Shown piece after piece: positions 18,675 to 27,365 of a stretch of DNA of 54,471 nucleotides (position 1 is the first letter of the stretch; each line of letters opens with the position of its first letter). The notes below the pieces were generated by a model. It was not told where the DNA came from, did not search any database, and was given only the letters and a program-made list of their open reading frames with translations. Both the position numbers and the translations under genes were made by a program. The stretch comes from a virus. Its lineage: Duplodnaviria > Caudoviricetes. The stretch covers positions 1-54,471 of the IMG/VR virus record IMGVR_UViG_3300035688_000006. The stretch is one strand, 5' to 3'.

Positions 18675-19115
18675 TCACCATCGGGCGCCATCGACCCAAT
18701 CATGTTCTATTCCAGGAATCGGGGGAACAAATATTTGCGCCTCGTCGACATGGATGAAGGTTTGGCCAGCCTCCCGATACTGCTTCCATCCGACCCGGAG
18801 CTCGGGATATATGGCTGTAATCCACTCGACCGTAATGTCCACCTCCCCCGCGTTTTTCAACGTGAGGTCAATAGCGCAAATGCTATGCGGCGAGAGCAAA
18901 ATGGCTGGATGATAATGATGCTCGTACTTTAGGCACCGGCAGCCGCCGCCCAAAGCTACTATAATTGGATGACCGACAAACGTCCGAATATCTTCGACCT
19001 TCCGGAAAAACCCTTCATACCTCGGATCCACCCCGAGCGCCGGCCAGATCTTCCCGCAGCAAGGGCATTGCAATTCTTCCCGATAAAAATGAGACCAGGG
19101 AAACAGGGGGATCAA
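18675..19115 (-). CDS. Endolysin, peptidase M15 family
   Basis: HFYREELQCPCCG, CRC, SPH...AIDL, FIHVD. Confidence 0.8.
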   Translation of the reverse strand: MIPLFPWSHFYREELQCPCCGKIWPALGVDPRYEGFFRKVEDIRTFVGHPIIVALGGGCRCLKYEHHYHPAILLSPHSICAIDLTLKNAGEVDITVEWITAIYPELRVGWKQYREAGQTFIHVDEAQIFVPPIPGIEHDWVDGARW

Positions 19116-20491
19116 TCAATCCCCTCCCTCATGGCGACCCTCTCCTCATGGCCTCGGTCTTTTGCTGCCGCAAGGTTTGGGAAATAGCCGTCTTGAAACG
19201 CGACCGAACTCCAATACTCAAACCGCGGATACCCGAAGTCACTCATGATCTGGACAATCCGTTTCGCTTGAGCCGCAGTCGGCCGGAGGGCGACCCCAGG
19301 TTGCAGCCAATACCATCCCAGCCCTGCGGCCTTTCCTTCTCTATCCGAACCATCACAGGATGGGAAAGCACCCCAAGACATCATTCTCCTGGCCTCGCTG
19401 CCTGAATCTAAAATACATTCCGGCGACCCGATATTGTGAGCGTCGGCCAAGCCCCGGCCCATGAGATCCACTCCGTGATGGACCTCGCCCGTATCCGGAT
19501 CCATCCACGTCTCGGGTAAAAGCGTTTTGGCGCACATGGAGCTGTCGTAATACCCGATCATGATATTCTCTACCGGCATCCCGGCCTGTTTCAACAGCGT
19601 GATCAGCGCATGGTCGTATTCATAGAGGTTGTCCGGACCTGTCAACTGCGACCCTTCATTCCTGGTTTGGATGATGACCCTGGGATGATATTTTCTTGTC
19701 CTTCGGAAGAGCTCCATGGCGTACTCGTACACCTTGGTCCGCGCCGGGCCTGGAAGGAAAACATCCTGCGGCCGATCTCCGAGTAGCGGCTTGAGAGGAT
19801 TTGTCTCGAACGAACTCCCCGCATAAAACGAACAGGCATCCAGGACGGAAATGACATAGGTCCCGTCCCGAAGGCACCACTGCCCCAGGCGCCGATCGAG
19901 CTGAGCCCAATAGGCCTCGTTCCAGTTCCAATCCGGAAGCCAGGGAAGCAACCGCCTTCCGTTCGTCGGATCTCCGGGCCCCACCGTCCCCCATGCGAAA
20001 TCGCGCGTCACCGCGATACCGTCTGCGGCCATGACCGCTCGGACCTCGTCCAACTGCCGTTCGTCTATGATCTGTGGGTCATAAACCAGCCCGTCTCCGC
20101 AAAGGGGAGACCACGCCAGGAACTCCGGATTAAACTCTGGCCACGGACGCGCCACCTTTACCAGCGGAGGTTCGTCGCCCGATGGGTCGGGGATATCTGA
20201 GAGCCAATCCCAAAAATCTTTCAGTCCCCCGCCTTCGAGGGGACAGGTGACCTCAACCGTCCCGATGTGGGAGATCGAAACCGCGATTGCGCCTATCACT
20301 TTGCGCGGAGGAATTTTTTCAGGGGGAGTCGTTATCGGATAAGGAGATCGACTGCCTCTGATTACGGTCTTCAGTAGAAGACCGCCTTTCTTGACGCCCA
20401 CCTCTATTCTGACGCCCCTTCGGTCAGTTACAACGCCTACGCTGTCGAATTCATCTTCACAAAAATAGTTTTGTCCTTCTCTCCATTCCAT
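19112..20491 (-). CDS. Possible glycoside-hydrolase-like TIM-barrel protein
   Basis: WNEAYWAQLDRRL, IIQTRNEG (clan GH-A-like NE); between tail genes and endolysin. Confidence 0.35.
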   Translation of the reverse strand: MEWREGQNYFCEDEFDSVGVVTDRRGVRIEVGVKKGGLLLKTVIRGSRSPYPITTPPEKIPPRKVIGAIAVSISHIGTVEVTCPLEGGGLKDFWDWLSDIPDPSGDEPPLVKVARPWPEFNPEFLAWSPLCGDGLVYDPQIIDERQLDEVRAVMAADGIAVTRDFAWGTVGPGDPTNGRRLLPWLPDWNWNEAYWAQLDRRLGQWCLRDGTYVISVLDACSFYAGSSFETNPLKPLLGDRPQDVFLPGPARTKVYEYAMELFRRTRKYHPRVIIQTRNEGSQLTGPDNLYEYDHALITLLKQAGMPVENIMIGYYDSSMCAKTLLPETWMDPDTGEVHHGVDLMGRGLADAHNIGSPECILDSGSEARRMMSWGAFPSCDGSDREGKAAGLGWYWLQPGVALRPTAAQAKRIVQIMSDFGYPRFEYWSSVAFQDGYFPNLAAAKDRGHEERVAMREGID

Positions 20492-20501
20492 TTGTCACTC
20501 C

Positions 20502-21074
20502 TTAAAAGAGATATCCGAACACGTCGATGGAGATCGTCATGGCCCCGCCCTGTTTCGTGTTCACCGCAATCTTGAACGTCCCGGCCGCTACGCCGCGTAC
20601 TGCGCCCACCTTCGCCGGAATGATCTCATAAATAGTGGATCCGGTCAACGTGACGTGGGTCGCGTTCGTTATACAATCGCTTCCGACCGCATCAAAGCCA
20701 AACGATATCGACGCCGTCGTGAGATTGCCCGAACTGTTCCTGATCACGACCTTCGTGATGATGCAGGATTTTCCAGCCGGCACCGTGTAGAGCGTCGTCA
20801 TGACGGGCGTCGCTCCGCCCGGATTCATGTTCGCGCTGGCCAGGGTCGCCAACTTTGAATCCGCATAAAGCATGCAGTCCGTCTCTTGAAGGATATGTTT
20901 CGATAGAGCGGCCTGCCGATGATACAGGGCCTCGTCGTCCGAATCCGAGAATAACATTCCCGGCTGGATGGCAGGTGGCTCCGTAGCCCCTCGGAAATGA
21001 TTCTTCATCCGGTTCATTTGTTGAAAAGGAACATTCGTTCCGTTAATCAGGTCGTCGCCATCTATAAGGGCCAT
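20502..21074 (-). CDS. Tail-associated structural protein
   Basis: FRGATEPP..QPGMLFSDS and TLYTVPAGK motifs typical of fibre/spike proteins. Confidence 0.55.
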   Translation of the reverse strand: MALIDGDDLINGTNVPFQQMNRMKNHFRGATEPPAIQPGMLFSDSDDEALYHRQAALSKHILQETDCMLYADSKLATLASANMNPGGATPVMTTLYTVPAGKSCIITKVVIRNSSGNLTTASISFGFDAVGSDCITNATHVTLTGSTIYEIIPAKVGAVRGVAAGTFKIAVNTKQGGAMTISIDVFGYLF

Positions 21075-21075
21075 A

Positions 21076-23901
21076 TTATCCTCCTAAACTTTCATCGCTT
21101 ACTTTTTTACCGGGCTCGCCATCTGCAAATCTTCCGGTCGTTTCGTCACACGCATAGGCGTACATCCTGTCCTCGAGGTCCGCCGTGGCCCAGTTCGTCG
21201 CCAATGTCGCCTCATCCCCGACGACAAAATACTGGCAGAGAAGCCAACCCAAGTCCGCGGCTTCAATGTCCAGTTTATTCCCCTGATAATCGACGCCCAG
21301 GGAAGTTACGAAGCAATATCGTCCATATTCGCCCAGCCCTAGAATGTCTATCCCGAACGGATCCTGCAGTCGGAGGTCGGTCAAGAGGTCTGCTCGGTCA
21401 ATCCAGTCCAATGGAAGGGAGAAAGAGAATTTGAGATACCCATAACGATATTTTAGGAGCTCCTCGTTCGCCCGGAACGCTCCCCAAGCTGCCGAAAGCG
21501 TCCAAGGGAAACAATATGGTTCGGGCGCCTCCATCTCCTTCTCCAGATCCTCGATGCTCATCTCGTCCCCGAACTCGTCCTCTTGGGCATATATTTCGGC
21601 TGCCGGATAGTAATTCCACTGCGCCCGTATCCGGTTGACGGTATCCGCATAATTGAACTTTCTGACGGGATGGCTGAGGGTGTCAATCTGGGCGAATATC
21701 GTCTCCGCTGTCGGGATGTTGCTAATATCCTTTCTGACAATTTTGAACCGGCCTATCCGGTCAAACGCGCTGTAAGCGCCGAGCGTCATGAGGAGCTCGC
21801 CCAGGATAATCTCCATGTCCTGCTCGTTTTGGATGATAAGATATCCGTTCTGCTGTTCGCCCAGTGCAATGAATATGTCGGCCAGGGTTTCAATCGAGCT
21901 GATATCAAGGAAATTTGCCGGAAGGCCGGCCAGGAATTGAAGGAAATAACCGATCACATACGCTGGATTTTGAATGTAACCGTTGGCTGGGTCGTTCCAG
22001 GGGTCATACACATACCCCTTGCAGTTAAACGTGATTTTCTTGTCTCCCTGGTCGGACGTGAACGTGATATAGGTCCTGCCCCCGTCTGCGTAGCTGACCG
22101 CGTAGGTCGCCGGATCCGCGAGAACACCGTCACCATAGACTTCCGTGATCGCCTTTAAACTCCCGTGCGCTCCGAGATATTGGAAAAGAACCGTGTCGAT
22201 ATACCGAGCCTCTACGGCGCCGCAGTTATCAGCCCCAGTATATGACGCCGTTCCAAGAACCTCGGGCATGGCCAGGCCCTTGGCATTATCATGGATATTC
22301 GGATACTCTTCTTTCGTGCATCGGTAAAGGGGAATTTTCCGCTGAAAATATTTTTTCGTTAGGTCGCCAAGACTTACGTGGAAGGCTGGTCCTGCGAGCT
22401 CGAAATCATTGACCACGAAAACCGCAGCCGATTCCTTCATGGCTTCGGGATAATTCCGCCAGGCCGTATAGACTTCGACGATTTGGTTTTTTAATAACCT
22501 GTACGACCCAAGTAATTTCGAGAATTCCTTGTCTGGATTGGCCAGCGTGACACTCATATCCGCACCGACATAGAGGCCCGTCCGCTCGGCGACTGACCGC
22601 GTGAACCCGCTCATGTCTTGGATCCGGCCATCGTAAAATATTTTAGGGCTGATGATATCACCGGGGGAATAATATCGGTCTATCACGTCGCCCAAGAAAT
22701 TTTTGAAGTGCCATTTGTGGAGCGAAATAACCGCGCCTTTTTTCCCGCCGTCTCCATCTGCGCCTCCTCCGCCTCCTCCGTCCCCTCCAACAGGAAGGAC
22801 ATAAAAAGAGAGCCGTGATCCTCTATAAAGACGCCCATCTGCCTCGCAATTCCAGTCTCCGGCGTATCCCCCGGCCGGGAATACTCCGAAGATGGTAAAA
22901 ATCTGAGCATGGCGCTTATCAAGAAAAATCTCATAACTCCCTTCAAGCATTGCCGGCATGGCCGCGATCGTAATCTGCGTATTATCGTTGACCACAAAAT
23001 CCGGAGCCGGGTGGACATAGATGCTGTGAAGGACATAATCGCCCTGGCCCTGGAGGCCGTGGAATGTGATATGAGTTACGGCGTCCTGCCATCCGCCAAC
23101 CGGCATATCATTGTTGCTATTTTGGGCGACATTCCTTATTTCCGTGTCGTCATTGTCGAATCCGAGGCCATTAAAGACGACCGATATTCCCCCTGCCGTC
23201 GTCATCGGCCCCGATTGCAATTTTTCATTGACGATCGGATTTAAAAATTTCGCCCTGACTCTCAGTACTTGGAAATCGAGAAACATGCCTTGACCTACTC
23301 CAGGGTTCCCCCCGGTCCCCGGATTCAATGCCGCCAAGAGGAGACCGTTCCTATAAAAATGCTGACGCTCGTTCCAACACTCTGGACCCGCGAGCGTTGC
23401 ATCGTACGTCGCTCCCGCGCAGAGCTTGAAAGGAACGGGATAGGCGAACATGTCAAATTGCGGCTGATTACAATACATCGTCCCATTTACCAAGGGCGTC
23501 GCCCCCGGACTCCACATGGTCACGCCGTCATAATACCGCCCGTTCGCAAGCCTCGAATCCCAAAAAAGAGGCGGAGCCGGATTCTTCTGGAAAAACGCGC
23601 CGACGTGACAATGAGTTTGAACCCAGGTATTAAGACTCGTAACGGCATTGATATCTACAACGACTTCATAGAGACAGTTTAAGCTATCGATATCTTCAAC
23701 CTGGGAAAATTCGCTCCAGGGTTTTGGTCGCGCCAGGCATCGAAAATTATAGTAATCGCCGCCTACCGATTTGCTCCACCCCGATCTCAGATACTCGAGA
23801 CGCGCCGCGACCCAGTGCTCGTTCTCGATCGTGTTGTCGGCAGACACAGCCCACCCGGTGAACACGTCGAAAATATTCCAGTCGCGGTACGGGATGGCCA
23901 T
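21076..23901 (-). CDS. Large tail tip / baseplate hub protein with N-terminal beta-rich domains
   Basis: 941 aa, Gly linker GGDGGGGGGADGDGG, hub-like IQNPAYVI motif; tail module position. Confidence 0.65.
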   Translation of the reverse strand: MAIPYRDWNIFDVFTGWAVSADNTIENEHWVAARLEYLRSGWSKSVGGDYYNFRCLARPKPWSEFSQVEDIDSLNCLYEVVVDINAVTSLNTWVQTHCHVGAFFQKNPAPPLFWDSRLANGRYYDGVTMWSPGATPLVNGTMYCNQPQFDMFAYPVPFKLCAGATYDATLAGPECWNERQHFYRNGLLLAALNPGTGGNPGVGQGMFLDFQVLRVRAKFLNPIVNEKLQSGPMTTAGGISVVFNGLGFDNDDTEIRNVAQNSNNDMPVGGWQDAVTHITFHGLQGQGDYVLHSIYVHPAPDFVVNDNTQITIAAMPAMLEGSYEIFLDKRHAQIFTIFGVFPAGGYAGDWNCEADGRLYRGSRLSFYVLPVGGDGGGGGGADGDGGKKGAVISLHKWHFKNFLGDVIDRYYSPGDIISPKIFYDGRIQDMSGFTRSVAERTGLYVGADMSVTLANPDKEFSKLLGSYRLLKNQIVEVYTAWRNYPEAMKESAAVFVVNDFELAGPAFHVSLGDLTKKYFQRKIPLYRCTKEEYPNIHDNAKGLAMPEVLGTASYTGADNCGAVEARYIDTVLFQYLGAHGSLKAITEVYGDGVLADPATYAVSYADGGRTYITFTSDQGDKKITFNCKGYVYDPWNDPANGYIQNPAYVIGYFLQFLAGLPANFLDISSIETLADIFIALGEQQNGYLIIQNEQDMEIILGELLMTLGAYSAFDRIGRFKIVRKDISNIPTAETIFAQIDTLSHPVRKFNYADTVNRIRAQWNYYPAAEIYAQEDEFGDEMSIEDLEKEMEAPEPYCFPWTLSAAWGAFRANEELLKYRYGYLKFSFSLPLDWIDRADLLTDLRLQDPFGIDILGLGEYGRYCFVTSLGVDYQGNKLDIEAADLGWLLCQYFVVGDEATLATNWATADLEDRMYAYACDETTGRFADGEPGKKVSDESLGG

Positions 23902-23910
23902 GGGATCGTT

Positions 23911-24387
23911 TTAATTCTCGATTTTCTTGGCTTTCTCCGGGGCGGGATCGGGTTCGGGGTCGGGATCGAGAAGGTCGCAGGCCAGGGCCGGGATGCGATT
24001 CCCGATATAGATTTTTCCGATCCTCTCTTTGAGCGTCGTGATGTCTTCGGCCTTCATGTCGATCGGCTCCAAAGCGCCCCAAATCCGATCGGCCATCTTG
24101 TTCAATTTTTGCTTTTCTTTATAACCTAATGACTCACCCTGGATTCCTGAATCAAGGGCTAAACAGCAGACATCACGGAGCGTCATCGGCTCGCCCTGCA
24201 CCCTCATGACCTCGGAGAATGTCGTCTTCTCCCGGTCGAGAATTGGGACGGTGTCGAAGATCGAATTGATCTGCTCCTCCGGCTTTTTCAGCCTCATGGC
24301 GATAGTCGTCATCGCCCCTTCGATGTTCAAGTCTCTGATAGGCTCTCCCTTTCTGGTTTTCAAAACTTGCGAAAAGTTAATCTTCAT
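23911..24387 (-). CDS. Tail fibre-associated protein
   Basis: MKINFSQVLKT..GEPI...TLRDVC...AEDITTLKERI; follows fibre genes. Confidence 0.55.
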   Translation of the reverse strand: MKINFSQVLKTRKGEPIRDLNIEGAMTTIAMRLKKPEEQINSIFDTVPILDREKTTFSEVMRVQGEPMTLRDVCCLALDSGIQGESLGYKEKQKLNKMADRIWGALEPIDMKAEDITTLKERIGKIYIGNRIPALACDLLDPDPEPDPAPEKAKKIEN

Positions 24388-24447
24388 AAATCCTCCTTTA
24401 ATGACTCATTTCCAATTTCTCGACTCTCGAAATCAAATCTTTCATAT

Positions 24448-25611
24448 TTAAAGAATTCTTAAATTTACAGATCGGAATATCTTTCCATTAGGGTATGTTC
24501 CCGCCAGCGCAATTCCGTTGCCCAAATAGGCAATAGAAAAGATATGGGTTTCCGCCGCCTGTTGTCCAAGGTCTGTCCAAGTAGCCCCATAATCCGTAGA
24601 GCGGAATATCTTTCCATGCAGGGCCGTTCCCGCCAGCGCAATTCCGTTGCCCAAATAGGCAAGAGAAAGGATATAGGTTTCCGCCGCCTGTTGTCCAAGA
24701 TTCGTCCAAGTAGCCCCATAATCCGTAGATCGGAATATCTTTCCATTAGGGTATGTTCCCGCCAGCGCAATTCCGTTGCCCAAATAGGCAAGAGAATAGA
24801 TATGGGTTTCCGCCGCCTGTTGTCCAAGGTCTGTCCAAGTAGCCCCATAATCCGTAGATCGGAATATCTTTCCATGCCCGCCTGTTCCCGCCAGCGCAAT
24901 TCCGTTGCCCAAATAGGCAAGAGAAAGGATATAGGTTTCCGCCGCCTGTTGTCCAAGATCCGTCCAAGGATAACGCCCAAGATCTTCGGTCAATCCCATC
25001 AATGCACCAAAAACACCTGGATAATAATTTTCGGCCATAGCCGAAATATTAATTCCCTTGGATTCGATAATTTTGGTGATATGTAAGTGATCAAATATTG
25101 GCCCATCCGTATCTTTTAAGTTATTTATGTTGGCTTTTTGTGCCGCATGAATATGATCTCTTCTTGAGGCATATAAGGAGATTCCATCTGCGGCCGTACC
25201 TATTTCAACCGGATCGCCCTCCGCGTCATTGAATGAATATACGGAACTTTTTAGATTTCCAAGTTGATCGAATACTCCATCAAGAGTCCATGTATCTCCA
25301 ACCGCAAGAGTCCCTTTCCAGATTTGTCTTGTCCCTCCCGACGAAACATATCTAATCGTAACGACTACGGCCGCCGTGTCCCTATTCTGTATTGTTATCG
25401 CTTTAATAATCCTTTGAGTGCTCGCCCCAGGGGAGGCAACCAAAGTAACTGGCGTAGTCCCGTTCAAAACCCCATCATTCGAGCCCTCAAGAAAAGAAGA
25501 AGTTGTAGCATCGGCATAATGAGCCGTAAAATCAGGATTTGTGGTAGCAGCCGCACCCGCCATGATGGCCGTTATGCTTTTAGTCGTTGCGTCAAGAATT
25601 AATATTTTCAT
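24448..25611 (-). CDS. Tail fibre / receptor-binding protein with C-terminal BNR (Asp-box) propeller repeats
   Basis: SRRDHIH fibre motif; four 43-aa repeats with RSTDYGATW. Confidence 0.75.
   Translation of the reverse strand: MKILILDATTKSITAIMAGAAATTNPDFTAHYADATTSSFLEGSNDGVLNGTTPVTLVASPGASTQRIIKAITIQNRDTAAVVVTIRYVSSGGTRQIWKGTLAVGDTWTLDGVFDQLGNLKSSVYSFNDAEGDPVEIGTAADGISLYASRRDHIHAAQKANINNLKDTDGPIFDHLHITKIIESKGINISAMAENYYPGVFGALMGLTEDLGRYPWTDLGQQAAETYILSLAYLGNGIALAGTGGHGKIFRSTDYGATWTDLGQQAAETHIYSLAYLGNGIALAGTYPNGKIFRSTDYGATWTNLGQQAAETYILSLAYLGNGIALAGTALHGKIFRSTDYGATWTDLGQQAAETHIFSIAYLGNGIALAGTYPNGKIFRSVNLRIL
24469..24968. repeat. About four tandem 129-bp near-identical repeats
   Basis: CGGAATATCTTTCC at 24473, 24602, 24731, 24860. 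Confidence 0.95.
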
Positions 25612-26561
25612 AATAGCCAACTCCTTTGTTTAGACTCAATTATTGATGCGGTCAATCCGGCAATGGCGGCCTGATTCAACGTCGCCCAGGCCGGTATAGC
25701 GCCCGTAACTCCGGCCAGATATTCTCCCGTTGCCCCTACCGCCGCGAGTTCGCCGATAGTATTCGCCGCCATAGCCACCGGCAACCGGAAGGCCGTCGCC
25801 GAGTTAGGCAGAATCAGCGTTGACCAAAGGGGAGCCGCGCCGACCCCGCCGCTCCGGAGATAGGAACCTACGGCAACGTCGGCGAGGGCCGCTAGGTTAG
25901 TCGTGGCCGAAGCATAGAGAATATCTCCTATGGCCAGGGCAGCTATATGAACTCCATCCACTAGATCAACGTTGAGATTCGTGCATTTAGTTGTGGACGT
26001 GACATTGAGAGGCATCGTCCCTATCGCTAAAGATGAGACGATCTGGCCTATGACCGTGATCACCCCGGCGGTAGAGATTTGAAGAATAGCTGCCGACCAG
26101 GATGCTCCATCGTGATGATGGATTTTTAGAGCATAAGTCTCAGCCAAATCCCTAATTGACAGACACCAGGTTTTATCGCCGCCTTCGTTTCGTAAATAAA
26201 AACAGGCATATCCACCCGTAGAATTCGTGCCTACCAAAGCTAGTGCTGCATTCGTAGCATTTGCGATTGTAAATTGCGCTGCTACCGGATCGGTCATCGG
26301 CGACGTGCCGCCGAGAACTATGGCCGTCGCACTTGCCCGATATAGAGGACTGTCTGCCACGGCACCTGCGGCAGTAGCGTAAGGCATATAACCCGCCGCA
26401 AGCGCAACATTCGAGGCGAGTTGGCCCGCCGCGTTCGTGACAACGAGCCTCGAGGCCGTCAGAGCTACGCCACCGCTGACAACTGCCCGGACATCGTTCA
26501 ATCGTAGTTTTAGCTCAGCAATCTGGCCCCGAATTTTGCTGAGATCGTCTTGAACACTCAT
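25608..26561 (-). CDS. Tail fibre protein
   Basis: N-terminal coiled coil; VTSTTKCTNLNVDLVDG and GDILYASAT fibre motifs. Confidence 0.7.
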   Translation of the reverse strand: MSVQDDLSKIRGQIAELKLRLNDVRAVVSGGVALTASRLVVTNAAGQLASNVALAAGYMPYATAAGAVADSPLYRASATAIVLGGTSPMTDPVAAQFTIANATNAALALVGTNSTGGYACFYLRNEGGDKTWCLSIRDLAETYALKIHHHDGASWSAAILQISTAGVITVIGQIVSSLAIGTMPLNVTSTTKCTNLNVDLVDGVHIAALAIGDILYASATTNLAALADVAVGSYLRSGGVGAAPLWSTLILPNSATAFRLPVAMAANTIGELAAVGATGEYLAGVTGAIPAWATLNQAAIAGLTASIIESKQRSWLL

Positions 26562-27364
26562 AGCAGAGTGATTCCCCTGGTCAAGACCTTGAAGTCAATC
26601 GTCCACTCCCTCAGCTCTTTCGCGTCTGGATTATAGATAATCCTTCGAGCTGACGGCGACCCCATCACCTTGACCATGTAGACATGCGGCAGATGATGAT
26701 CTGGAATGAGGACAAACCGTCCGGCCGGTCCTCCGATCGCCGTCAGGAAAGTCTCGAAGGCGTCCAGGACGGCCGGGTCGTTGAGATTCGAGAATTTAAT
26801 TTTGAGAATTTTCGACTCCGAGTAATAGGCATCCCAATCCTGGCCGTACTGCGTCACCTGCTCCGAGGCGTAAAACTGGGATCCATCATCCCGGCCCGGC
26901 TGGATATGGGCGGTCGGGAAGTTGCCGAGCGCACCCAGCCAAAGCTCTCCGATCCTGGGAAAGACCGTGTTTGCCCCATCCTCCACGTTGAGATGCCACC
27001 AGCGGTGCGTGTGGTCAAACCGGCCGTAAAGGTCATAAAGACGGTATGTGAGGGGGATGCTGTGCAGCCAGGGACCCGTCAAATTATTCACAGGATGAGC
27101 GTCAGGGTCCGGCACGTGGAGAATAAGCGAGAGACCGGCCGAAACAACGGGGTCTTTGAAATTATGATTGAATATCCCGCAGAACTGCACCTGCGCCGGA
27201 CCACCCAGGTCGACGGTAATCCACTGACTCGTCTTGGCTGTAAAATAGAACGGCTTCGAAGGCCGCCCGTCATACAGATTTTCCATAACGTACAGGGTGT
27301 TCTCGCTTGATACGTCGTGAAGGGTCACGGCATTTATCAGATTCGTCGTCGAATAGTATAGCAT
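26558..27364 (-). CDS. Distal tail-like protein with discoidin-like N-terminus
   Basis: Directly after TMP; NLYDGR...QWITVDLG motif. Confidence 0.55.
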   Translation of the reverse strand: MLYYSTTNLINAVTLHDVSSENTLYVMENLYDGRPSKPFYFTAKTSQWITVDLGGPAQVQFCGIFNHNFKDPVVSAGLSLILHVPDPDAHPVNNLTGPWLHSIPLTYRLYDLYGRFDHTHRWWHLNVEDGANTVFPRIGELWLGALGNFPTAHIQPGRDDGSQFYASEQVTQYGQDWDAYYSESKILKIKFSNLNDPAVLDAFETFLTAIGGPAGRFVLIPDHHLPHVYMVKVMGSPSARRIIYNPDAKELREWTIDFKVLTRGITLL

Positions 27365-27365
27365 C

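Noticed and set aside
24469-24968. CRISPR array or DGR template/variable repeat
   Set aside because: Units are in-frame coding repeats without unique spacers; no reverse transcriptase seen and differences are not adenine-specific
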